Positions 10,019 through 18,533 of a DNA stretch of 64,000 nucleotides are shown here, piece by piece. Under the pieces are notes generated by a model. That model worked only from the letters and a program-made list of their open reading frames with translations, was not told the DNA's origin and made no database searches. The position numbers were made by a program, and so were the translations under genes. The stretch comes from an uncultured Methylomirabilota bacterium (GTDB lineage: Bacteria > Methylomirabilota > Methylomirabilia > Methylomirabilales > 2-02-FULL-66-22): the NCBI GenBank assembly GCA_963845565.1, contig CAWJSJ010000002.1, forward strand, positions 2,464,001 to 2,528,000. Direction: 5' to 3'. The stretch's first letter is position 1; each line of letters starts with the position of its first letter.

Positions 10019-11167
10019 CTACACGGGCTTGACGTGTTTCAGCGCCTCGAACATCGCCACGATGTTCTGGGGCGGAACCTCCGCCTGGATGTTGTGGACG
10101 GACGCCGGGATGTAGCCGGGGCGCAGGTCGCCGACGCGCCGCGCGACCTCGGCGCGAACTTCGTCCGGCGTGCCCTTGGGGAGCACCCGCTGGGTATCGA
10201 TAGCGCCCCAGAAGACGAGATGCTTGCCGAACTCGCGCCGGAGCCGCGCCGTATCCATGTCCGCCGCCGCGACCTGCACCGGGTTCAGGACCTGGACGCC
10301 GACGTCGATGAAATCCGGGATCAGGGCGTAGACAGACCCGCAGCTGTGGAACGCGATCTTGGCCGGGGAGCGATCCCGCAGAAACTGGATCAGGCGCGCC
10401 ATCCGCGGCTTGAAGATCGTCCGGAAGGTGGCGGGAGAGATCAGGGGGCCCGTCTGGATGCCATAGTCGTCCGCCAGGTAGAGGATGTCCACGGCATTTC
10501 CGACGGCCTTCAGGGTCTCCTCGGCCATGGCGAGCTGGATCTCCAGGGTGCGATCCAGCAACGCCTCGCAGAACTCGGGATTGATCTTGAGCTGCACGAG
10601 CCAGTTCTCGAAGCCGCACATGAACTGTCCGACGGAAAAGATCCGCCCGGGGACGTGGACCACCAGCGCGCAATCCGTCTCGCGGCGAAGGCGCTCCGTC
10701 TCCCGGCGAAGACCGACAGCATCGGTCTTGGCCCGCGAAGGCCACGAATGCGCATCCAGATCCGCCAGTGTCAAGTCCTCCTTGTCAAACGGGGCGTGCG
10801 TCACATAGTAGTGCCCGTGCGGGGGGCGCCGCCGTACCACACCCCACGCATCCGTGAACTCCGCCTCCTTCTCATGGGCCGCCTCGTCAAAAATGCCGCG
10901 GGTGCCGGAGTCTTCCGGCGTCTGGGCGACGACCAGCCGCAGGTCCACATCGAACCGCTCCAAGATCGCGTCATCCGGCCAGGCGAGGAGGGAGCGCTCG
11001 CTCTGGACGCGCACCGCCCCCGGGACGCCGAGGTGCGCCTTCAGGGCCTGGTACGCGTACAGATTGATGCCGCTGGCCGGGCACCCCCCGAGATCGATGG
11101 GCAGACGGTCCGGTGTCTCGTGGTTGAGGACGGTCAGAACGCGATCGCGATGCGAGAGAACGCTCAT
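10019..11167 (-). CDS. Uroporphyrinogen decarboxylase/MtaA-CmuA family protein
   Basis: HETPDRLPIDLGG, FTDAWG, DDYGIQ, HSCG, LNPVQ, FWGAID, HNIQ. Confidence 0.9.
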   Translation of the reverse strand: MSVLSHRDRVLTVLNHETPDRLPIDLGGCPASGINLYAYQALKAHLGVPGAVRVQSERSLLAWPDDAILERFDVDLRLVVAQTPEDSGTRGIFDEAAHEKEAEFTDAWGVVRRRPPHGHYYVTHAPFDKEDLTLADLDAHSWPSRAKTDAVGLRRETERLRRETDCALVVHVPGRIFSVGQFMCGFENWLVQLKINPEFCEALLDRTLEIQLAMAEETLKAVGNAVDILYLADDYGIQTGPLISPATFRTIFKPRMARLIQFLRDRSPAKIAFHSCGSVYALIPDFIDVGVQVLNPVQVAAADMDTARLRREFGKHLVFWGAIDTQRVLPKGTPDEVRAEVARRVGDLRPGYIPASVHNIQAEVPPQNIVAMFEALKHVKPV

Positions 11168-11237
11168 GGATTGACCTCCGTTGGGCACGGGAGAATGTTG
11201 TTTCTCCCCGGGACTATAGTGAAGCGAGGCGCGGTGG

Positions 11238-12413
11238 TCAATGCGCTTCCCGCGCGGCGCTGCGGGGCGGGTCCCGCATGAAGAACGCGAAAGGGAGTGT
11301 GGCGAGGGGAACGAGGCCGAGGAGATTGAAGGTGGGTTGGACGCCGATGCGATCGGCCACCATGCCGAAGAGCACCGCGGCAAGGCCGGTGGCGATGTAA
11401 TTCAAGCTGAAGTAGAGGCCACCGGCCAGGCTGCGCGCCTCCGGCAGCCACTCCTGCAGGGTGGCCAGCGCCACCGGGGTTGTGCTGAACACAACCAGTC
11501 CGGTCAAGGCGAGCAGGGGAAAGATCAGCAGGTGCGGCCCGAAGACCATGGCGCAGAAGCATGGGATGGCGACGGTCTGGGCGAGGAGAAGCGTCCGCCG
11601 TCGGCCCAGCCGGTCGGAGATGGTGCCGCCCGCCATCGCCCCGGCGGCCCCTGCCAACTCGAGGACGCCGTACCCCACCGCCGCCTGCGCCAAGCTGAAC
11701 CCCCGCGTGGTCAGGTAGGTTGGCGTGAAGACCCCCAGGCTGCCGACGAGGAGGGCGCGGGTCCAGACGAATGCCAGTAAGAGCAGCAGGGGTCCGCGGC
11801 GATCGCGCAGGATCGCGCGGAGGTCGGCGTGCTCGATGGGCCGTGCGGCGCGCGGGATTGGCCCGACCATCCGGAACAGGAGGATCGAGAACAGCACGCC
11901 GGGAATGGCAGCCAGGTAGCTTCGCTCCAGGCCGACCCCTTGCACGATCAGGACGATCAGGATGGGTCCGAGGGCCCGCCCCAACTCGCCGCCGGTCATG
12001 AAGAAGGACATCCCGGCGCCGACCCGCTCCCCGCTCACGTGAGCGATCATGGCCGGAGCCGGGGCATGATACGAGGCGTGACTCAGGCCGACAAGGGAAA
12101 GGAGCAGGGCCACGAGACCGTAACTGGGAGCGACGCCGACGAGACTCATGAAGACCGCCGTCGCGCCGGGCGCCAGGATCACGAAGAGTCGGGCGCTGGT
12201 CCGATCGGCCAGATAGCCGATGAAGGGCTGAACCAGCGACGAGGATCGCAGGAAGGTGGCCAGGGAGCCGGCGAGCGTGTTGGACAGGGAGAGCTTCGCT
12301 TGGAGGAGCGGCAGGAGTGGCGCCAGGAAAGCCGGATACATATCATGGATCGCATGACCGACGGAGAGCAGGATCACCCGGGCGGTATGGAAGGCGTGAG
12401 GAGGGGAGCTCAA
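11238..12413 (-). CDS. MFS transporter (Fsr-like)
   Basis: HAIHDMY..LAPLLP, QPFIGYLADR, SFFMTGGELG, GGTISDRLGRR. Confidence 0.9.
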   Translation of the reverse strand: MSSPPHAFHTARVILLSVGHAIHDMYPAFLAPLLPLLQAKLSLSNTLAGSLATFLRSSSLVQPFIGYLADRTSARLFVILAPGATAVFMSLVGVAPSYGLVALLLSLVGLSHASYHAPAPAMIAHVSGERVGAGMSFFMTGGELGRALGPILIVLIVQGVGLERSYLAAIPGVLFSILLFRMVGPIPRAARPIEHADLRAILRDRRGPLLLLLAFVWTRALLVGSLGVFTPTYLTTRGFSLAQAAVGYGVLELAGAAGAMAGGTISDRLGRRRTLLLAQTVAIPCFCAMVFGPHLLIFPLLALTGLVVFSTTPVALATLQEWLPEARSLAGGLYFSLNYIATGLAAVLFGMVADRIGVQPTFNLLGLVPLATLPFAFFMRDPPRSAAREAH

Positions 12414-12584
12414 TCAATCCTCCGATCGAACGGGAAAAACGCGCGCGACACGCCCGGTGCCTCCGCAAAGCCATGGACGGGGCCTATGCCCTTTGATATC
12501 GTATCATGACGATGGACGTTTCTCGAACCGACTTTCTCTGGATGTTTCGCACCACAGCCAAGCGTAGAGGAGGGACACAGGATC

Positions 12585-13001
12585 ATGGCGGATCGACTGC
12601 AAGCGGGCATGACATTCGAGAAGACGATCACGGTGACGGACGACCTGTCGGCGAAGCACCTTGCCGGGCAGGGGGGGATTGCGGTGTTTTCCACCCCCGA
12701 ACTGGTGCGATTCGTCGAGATCTGCGCGCTAGAGGGGATGCGGCCGTTCCTGGCGGAGGGTCAGGAGACGGTCGGCACGCGCGTGGACATCCGGCACCTC
12801 GCGGCAACGCCGGTCGGGATGCGGGTCACGGCCAAGTGCACGTTGACGGAGGTGGACCGACGACGGCTGGGTTTCACCTTCGAGGTGCACGACGAGCTGG
12901 ACAAGATTGGCGAGGGTACCCACGAACGGTTCATCATCGATCGGGAGAAGCAGCAGCAGCGCCTGCAGGAAAAGCTGACGCGCTGGAAACCCGCAAAGTA
13001 A
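12585..13001 (+). CDS. Fluoroacetyl-CoA (FlK-like) hotdog thioesterase
   Basis: VFSTP, E, TVG..VDIRHLAATPVG, IGEGTHERFII. Confidence 0.9.
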   Translation: MADRLQAGMTFEKTITVTDDLSAKHLAGQGGIAVFSTPELVRFVEICALEGMRPFLAEGQETVGTRVDIRHLAATPVGMRVTAKCTLTEVDRRRLGFTFEVHDELDKIGEGTHERFIIDREKQQQRLQEKLTRWKPAK

Positions 13002-13069
13002 CAAACACTCACGCGTCGTCGCGTACGCGAGACGCCGCGCGAGATGTGCGGTTTTCAGCAAACGGCCGT

Positions 13070-13112
13070 CATGTGGCGCCCGGGGATTCCCATCCCGGGC
13101 GCCACATGTTTG
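13070..13112 (+). terminator. Strong hairpin between convergent genes
   Basis: CATGTGGCGCCCGGG / CCCGGGCGCCACATG 15-bp perfect stem followed by a short T run. Confidence 0.7.
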
Positions 13113-13123
13113 GGGGGCACTAG

Positions 13124-13275
13124 CTGACTGCTGAACAACCCGTTTTCACCCAGGCTGCTCAAAAAGGTTCAGATGCAAGGCGGCGAGCCGAAGGCCAAGC
13201 GAGGCGTACTGGAGGTACGCCGCAGTGAGTGCCAAGGCGAGGCAACGCCGCAGATGAGCCTTTTTCAGCAGCCTG
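13124..13275. mobile_element. MITE-like repeat family A, copy 4
   Basis: Same TIRs; the right TIR overlaps the CDGSH stop codon. Confidence 0.8.
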
Positions 13276-13513
13276 TGAGCGACTTGTGCGTTCCGTCGCA
13301 GAATGGTTTGTTCTTCGAGTGCTTGCACTGACAGAGGTAGGCGGTTTCGGTTTTCTCGGCCTTGAACACCACCGGAGTCAAATCGGTGACCTTGTGGGAC
13401 CCGTCGCAGAATGGTTGAGTCTTGGACAGACCACATGCGCACCACGCGTACGTCTTCCCTGCTTCGAGCGGAACGGCGGCCGGTTGCTTGGCAGCGATCT
13501 TCGGTTCACTCAT
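13265..13513 (-). CDS. CDGSH iron-sulfur domain protein (two CDGSH motifs)
   Basis: WCACGLSKTQPFCDGSH and LCQCKHSKNKPFCDGTH. Confidence 0.93.
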   Translation of the reverse strand: MSEPKIAAKQPAAVPLEAGKTYAWCACGLSKTQPFCDGSHKVTDLTPVVFKAEKTETAYLCQCKHSKNKPFCDGTHKSLTGC

Positions 13514-14003
13514 GGCGACCTCCTGACACGAGTGGCGATGCCGCATCGGCAGCGACTCCCGGCTGACGCGGCGTTCCGAACATGAAACGGTCGAGGATGA
13601 AGAACTTGAACACCCAGATGATGCCGAAGGCGATCAGGTTCACGAGGTTGAGGACGATCTGCGCGTCGGAGTACCTCCCAGCGACTCCGGCAGCGAACGT
13701 GGAGACCACAAGGCCAAGAAACGCGAGCCCCCAGAACGGAGCGATCTCCTTGACGAGGTGATTCTTGGAGGTCTTCTCCCACACCCAGTACCGCGCCAAC
13801 ACGTACGCCGGGCCGGCGCTGACGGCGATCGCAAAAATGTTCGACGCCACGAATGACCACCCGAACCCCGTGTGAGCCAACACCAAGAGGCTTTGGCCAA
13901 ACGCGACGTTGAACAGGGACACGATGACAAATCGCCGTACCTTTTTTCCGTACTCGCGCGCCACGCGCGCCACGAGCGGTCCTGCGGATTCCGGGATGGT
14001 CAT
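13506..14003 (-). CDS. GtrA family membrane protein
   Basis: RFVIVSLFN, YVLARYWVW, KFFILDRFMF. Confidence 0.8.
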   Translation of the reverse strand: MTIPESAGPLVARVAREYGKKVRRFVIVSLFNVAFGQSLLVLAHTGFGWSFVASNIFAIAVSAGPAYVLARYWVWEKTSKNHLVKEIAPFWGLAFLGLVVSTFAAGVAGRYSDAQIVLNLVNLIAFGIIWVFKFFILDRFMFGTPRQPGVAADAASPLVSGGRHE

Positions 14004-14139
14004 CTAGACATCTCTCCATGTTTCCACTGGGGGATCCATTACTCCCACGCGCCGGGCCACGACGACTTGAACCTTCACGTCGGTGCCGTCTCGCGAAGGC
14101 GCCCGGCGTCCGGGCGGCACAGCCGTGCACGAGAAGTGG

Positions 14140-14168
14140 AGTATGCGCGGGGAGGTGCAAGCTGTCAA
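14140..14168 (-). promoter_or_regulatory. sigma70-type promoter upstream of the GtrA gene
   Basis: TTGACA-17 nt-CATACT on the minus strand. Confidence 0.6.
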
Positions 14169-14227
14169 GAACCCTTGCCTCGGGGCGGACGCTGCGCCGG
14201 ATGTCTTGCCCGGGGCGCGCAGCGCGC

Positions 14228-15937
14228 TCAGTGCCCGGCGGCGGCAGCCGCCCGGAGCGCGTCGAGTCCCGCCTCCAGGCCATCTCTCGTGACGCGGATG
14301 GCCACGGGACGGGAGAAGAAGAGTGTGGAGAAGTCCTCGCGCTTGGGTACGACCGGGTGGCCCATCTTGGCCAGCGCGGCGAGCGCTTTCGCGCCCACCC
14401 GATCGTCCACCCAGAGGTCTCCACCCTCCGCGTGCACCCGCGGCGCCTCGATGGCCGACTGCGGGCTCAGCCGCAGGTCGGCCAGATTGGAGAGGACCTG
14501 TGGGATCGCCGAGATGATCTTGCGGCCTCCGGGGGCGCCCAGGGTGAGATACGGTTCGCCTCGCCGGAACGCCAGCACGGGGACCATGTTCACCAGCGCG
14601 CGCTTCCCGGGGGCGATCGAGTTGGGTTTCCCCGGCTCTGGGTCGAACCAGAGCATCCCGTTCGAGAGGAGGATTCCGGTGCCCGGCACGACGACGCGCG
14701 ATCCGAACAGGGACACGGCGGTATGGGTGAGCGACACCAGATTCCGGTGGCGGTCCACAGTTCCGATGTGCGTCGTGCAATCGCCGGCGGCATTGCCCGA
14801 CCGGGCCGGTCGGCTGGCTCGCGGCTCGTTGGTTTGGACGAGCCACGGGTTGGGCGCCGGCTTCGCGGATCGCGGGCCGCGTGGTCGGAGACAGGCGGCC
14901 ACGGCGCCGCCGTATTCGGCGGACGTCAACACGCTCCACGGCGCCTCCACGCACTCCGGGTCGCCCAGCCACGTCAGGCGATCCTGGAAACCGTATCGCA
15001 CCGCTTCTGCGCGGAGATGGAGGCCGCGTGCCGTGTCGCATCCGACCTGTTCGGACGGAAACGCCGAGAGGATGTTCAGGATCTGCAGGGCCGTGGGCCC
15101 TCCGGTCGCGCCGGGCGAGAAGTGTACCTCCAGGCCGCGATACCGGCCGACGAGAGGCGCCAGGGTCCGCACCTGATACCCGGCGAGATCCGCCGCCGTC
15201 ACGAATCCGCCGTGGGCCGCCATCTCGGCGCACATGGCCTGGCCGAGGGCGCCGGCGTAGAAGGCGCGCGGCCCCTCCTTGGCGAGAAGCGCGAGGCTGC
15301 GCGCAAGATCGGGTTGTTGGATGCGATCGCCATCCGCCAGGGTCGGCGGTCGATGGATATAGTGGCCGGAACGCAGGTGCGTGCGGGCCGTTTCGGGAAA
15401 GGCTGCGAGCTCCTCTGCGTGGACCGCCATGGTGAGGGCGTGGTACCAGTCGGGGACGAAACCGTCCCGCGCCAGCGCGATGGCGGGCGCCATCACGTCG
15501 GCCAGGTCCATCGTGCCGTACCGCTCCAGCGCCGAGGAAAGCCCCGCCACCGAACCCGGCACGGCCACCGAACGATGGCCGAAGATGTTGGTGTCGTCCA
15601 CGACCTTGCGCCAGGGGAAGAGATCGGAGGCCACCCCGTCGGTGAGCGGGTACACGGTCTCGTGACACGCCGCCGGCGCTTGGACGTTGAAGTCCAGGGC
15701 GACGGTCTCGCCTCGCTTTGCCAGATGGATGAGCATCGTGCCTCCGCCGGCGATGGAGGACATGAAGGGCTCGACCACGGTCATGGCAAAGGCGGTGGCG
15801 ACGGCGGCGTCAACCGCATTTCCCCCGCGCTGCAAGATGGACGCGCCCACCTCGGCGCCCAGCGCGTGCGCGGCGACCACCATGCCGCGGCGGGTGCGAG
15901 GGGTGGTTTTCGTGACGAGGGTGGCTGACCGGATCAT
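14228..15937 (-). CDS. ggt: Gamma-glutamyltransferase
   Basis: GGNAVDAAVA, VAVPG, CTTH nucleophile, LGAPGGRKI. Confidence 0.93.
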   Translation of the reverse strand: MIRSATLVTKTTPRTRRGMVVAAHALGAEVGASILQRGGNAVDAAVATAFAMTVVEPFMSSIAGGGTMLIHLAKRGETVALDFNVQAPAACHETVYPLTDGVASDLFPWRKVVDDTNIFGHRSVAVPGSVAGLSSALERYGTMDLADVMAPAIALARDGFVPDWYHALTMAVHAEELAAFPETARTHLRSGHYIHRPPTLADGDRIQQPDLARSLALLAKEGPRAFYAGALGQAMCAEMAAHGGFVTAADLAGYQVRTLAPLVGRYRGLEVHFSPGATGGPTALQILNILSAFPSEQVGCDTARGLHLRAEAVRYGFQDRLTWLGDPECVEAPWSVLTSAEYGGAVAACLRPRGPRSAKPAPNPWLVQTNEPRASRPARSGNAAGDCTTHIGTVDRHRNLVSLTHTAVSLFGSRVVVPGTGILLSNGMLWFDPEPGKPNSIAPGKRALVNMVPVLAFRRGEPYLTLGAPGGRKIISAIPQVLSNLADLRLSPQSAIEAPRVHAEGGDLWVDDRVGAKALAALAKMGHPVVPKREDFSTLFFSRPVAIRVTRDGLEAGLDALRAAAAAGH

Positions 15938-16046
15938 GCGCTCCGTCTCCCGGTGGTGGAGGTTGTGGGAAGGATCATTCACCACGCAGGGGCGGATCGT
16001 GCCGGTCCGCCCCTGTTCTTTGACGACGCACGTCTCCTGGTGACGC

Positions 16047-16460
16047 CTACGCGGCTCCGAGGGCTTTGGCCGCCTTCTTGACGTCCTTGGGATTCACCCA
16101 CAGAATCATTCCGAACCGGTCGGCGCCGGCCATGATCGCCTGGGTTGCGGTGGCGTTGATCTTTTCCCCTGCCAGCGTTCCGAGAAGGTCTGCCACCACG
16201 CCAATGCGATCCTCTCCGTACACCAGGAAGCACTTCTTGGGGCCGACCGTCTTCCACCCCGCCTTTCGTGCGGCGGCCTTGAAGGCCGGGGCGTTCGCGG
16301 GGACGAAGTCCAGCTGCGCCCGGCGGCCCTTCGGGAAGCCCGAGAAGGCGAGCAGGAACACGCCCGCGTGGCGCAGCTGATCGAGAATCCGAGCGGCCTC
16401 TCCCGGCTTATCCGGTGTTTCGATGTAGTAGTAGTCCACCAATCGAGCGGTCTCGGTCAT
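16047..16460 (-). CDS. Hypothetical protein, tandem ACT-like domains
   Basis: PDKPGEAARIL and EDRIGVVADLL..LA...IN; RBS AAGGAGG. Confidence 0.7.
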   Translation of the reverse strand: MTETARLVDYYYIETPDKPGEAARILDQLRHAGVFLLAFSGFPKGRRAQLDFVPANAPAFKAAARKAGWKTVGPKKCFLVYGEDRIGVVADLLGTLAGEKINATATQAIMAGADRFGMILWVNPKDVKKAAKALGAA

Positions 16461-16754
16461 GGGGCCCTCCTTTCCTTCGGTGAGGCGTTCCGTCGCCGCG
16501 GTGGATACCGGCATGGTGGGGGGCGCGTCATTTGTGCGCTGGCCCCCCGGAGTCGAGAGCGGGATAGTGTCCGCGGGACACGGGACCTATATCAGGCCCT
16601 CCGGTGGGTGTCAATATGGACCGGATTTCGGGGGGATTCCGAGGGAAAGGAACACGGGGCGGCATCCGCGAATGCCGCCCCGTGGAAGGTGCAGACTGCT
16701 CTCGGGTTACTTTCCGAACGTCAGGACACCTGCGCCTGGTTGGAATCCGTGCCT

Positions 16755-17597
16755 TTACTCGAGCGTCAGCGAATAACCGACGTTGCAGAACGCCACGGCG
16801 TCGCCGAACTCGCGGGCGAGCTTGGCGCCGGCCTCGAGACCGGTGCAGTGCGAGAGGCCGAGGCGTCGAACCTGCCGTTCTCTGAGCGTGGCGATCGTCT
16901 GGTGAAGTTGCTCCGCGGGCGCAAATCCCAGGTGTGTGCCGCCGATGACGGTGTGGATCGGTTTTCCGGGAAGCCGGTCGCGCACGTGATCCAGCGTGTT
17001 GATGAGCCCGGAATGACAGCAGCCCAAAATGAGCGTCAGGCCGTCGGCGCCCTCCACGACCATGGAGAGATCGTCGCGAAACGGATCGCGCTCGACGGTA
17101 TCTCCGTGCGGGATAAAGAGACGATCATCGCCCGTCTCGTAACTGCTCCGGCGCGGGACCTCGCCGGTCAGGTGGACACCCGGAGCGATCTCGCGAAAGG
17201 CGGGTGCGAGGTCGAAGGTCGCCCCCATGCCTTCCAGGGCCTCCCGCTTGAAGGGCAACCCGGCATACTGCACCTTGCCGTTGGCCCGCTTCCCAAAGCG
17301 GTCCGCGAAGATGCCGGGGTGGCCGTACACCGGGATCGGCTTTCCGATGGCGCCCAGCGCGGCCACCAGGCCTCCGGTGTGGTCCTTGTGCCCGTGGCTG
17401 AGGACGATGGCGTCCGCCGTCCGCAGGTCCTTGCCCAGCCGTGCCGCGTTGTGGAGCAGGGCGGCCCCGGCGCCCGTATCGAAGAGAATGCGGCGATCCG
17501 GTCGTTCGAGGAACAGAGAGAACCCGTGTTCGCCGATCAGACCGTCCGATTTTCCGGGGACCGTGTTCTCGACCAGGATCGTGATCGTGGTGGACAT
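16755..17597 (-). CDS. MBL-fold metallo-hydrolase
   Basis: EHGFS, LFDTG, SHGHKDHTGG, GCCHSG, GGTHL, HCTG. Confidence 0.92.
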   Translation of the reverse strand: MSTTITILVENTVPGKSDGLIGEHGFSLFLERPDRRILFDTGAGAALLHNAARLGKDLRTADAIVLSHGHKDHTGGLVAALGAIGKPIPVYGHPGIFADRFGKRANGKVQYAGLPFKREALEGMGATFDLAPAFREIAPGVHLTGEVPRRSSYETGDDRLFIPHGDTVERDPFRDDLSMVVEGADGLTLILGCCHSGLINTLDHVRDRLPGKPIHTVIGGTHLGFAPAEQLHQTIATLRERQVRRLGLSHCTGLEAGAKLAREFGDAVAFCNVGYSLTLE

Positions 17598-17617
17598 GCC
17601 AGCCTCCCAGGCGGCGC

Positions 17618-17720
17618 GGTTAGGAGCCGTTACGAAATAACCTATACATCTCTTTCTATTTCGTTACGGCTCCTTATGCCGTTTCGGAATGTCTCCGCTC
17701 AACTAATTCTTTGACAACGG
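17618..17720. repeat. 103-bp palindromic repeat, copy 2 (family B)
   Basis: Near-identical to 4975-5077. Confidence 0.9.
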
Positions 17721-17730
17721 CTTAGAGGTT

Positions 17731-18039
17731 TCAGGTGTCGCAGCACGCGGTCGGTGTGGCGACTTCGGCGGCCTGCTGCGCCCGGTAGAAATCAGCCAGG
17801 ATATTGCCGGGGTTGCACGGTTCGCAGCCGAGACAGGCGTGCGGACTCCGGATGTTCATGGCTTGCCGGACCTCGGGCAGGAGTCGCCCCTGGTCCGCAC
17901 TCGGAGGGAGGTCCTCCAGGGCCAGCCGAATCTCCATGAGCGCCCCCTGCAGACACTCGCACCCGGCACACTTTTCCTCGCGCAGGCGGGGCAAGATCGC
18001 GTTCCAGGTTGTCTCGATCAGGCGCAGGTTCGCCGCCAT
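17731..18039 (-). CDS. Cys-rich hypothetical protein
   Basis: CAGCEC...CLGCEPC...CCDT; RBS GGAGG; cotranscribed position after DUF2892. Confidence 0.75.
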   Translation of the reverse strand: MAANLRLIETTWNAILPRLREEKCAGCECLQGALMEIRLALEDLPPSADQGRLLPEVRQAMNIRSPHACLGCEPCNPGNILADFYRAQQAAEVATPTACCDT

Positions 18040-18056
18040 TCGTCCTCCCCTTCCGA

Positions 18057-18254
18057 TCAGGAGCGCGCCTCGCGGACGCCGAGCTTGCGCAGGATGTCTT
18101 CCATCAGGCACCAGCGCGTCAACGCCGACTGGAACAGGTTCGCGCCGACGAACGCCGTGAAGAAGAGCCAGTACGGGCTGTGCAACTGGCTGAGCGCCAG
18201 GCTCGCCAGGACCAACGTGCCCGCAATCAATCGAATCCAGCGTTCGAGCGTCAT
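18057..18254 (-). CDS. DUF2892 (YgaP-like) membrane protein
   Basis: ERWIRLIAG...FVGANLFQSALTRWC. Confidence 0.9.
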   Translation of the reverse strand: MTLERWIRLIAGTLVLASLALSQLHSPYWLFFTAFVGANLFQSALTRWCLMEDILRKLGVREARS

Positions 18255-18283
18255 GGGTGTGTCTCCAGCTTCCGCGTCTTGCG

Positions 18284-18436
18284 CTAGGGCTTCTTCTCTG
18301 GCGTGGGTTTCGCGTCCTCGGTGCTCGACGAGCACCCGGTGGCGACGCCTCAGGTGGGCAGCCCGGCCTTCCGCATGATGAACTGCAGCACCAGCCAGAT
18401 GCCGATGATCAGGACGATCGTTCCGATGGCTTCCAC
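18284..18436 (-). CDS. Putative 50-aa membrane selenoprotein (UGA at 18350-18352)
   Basis: RBS AAAGGAGG, GTG; MEAIGTIVLIIGIWLVLQFIMRKAGLPT-U-GVATGCSSSTEDAKPTPEKKP*; SECIS-like hairpin after the UGA. Confidence 0.75.
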
Positions 18437-18533
18437 GATACCCTCCTTTCGTCGAGAATGAAAAACTGACAGAGCTGCGATCGCAACCGGCCAACTGGGG
18501 AACTCGCGATGCCCGGTTGTTCCAATCTCGGTC

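Noticed and set aside
13265..13270. CDGSH protein ends TGC-TGA (CU motif?)
   Set aside because: These codons come from the MITE terminal repeat
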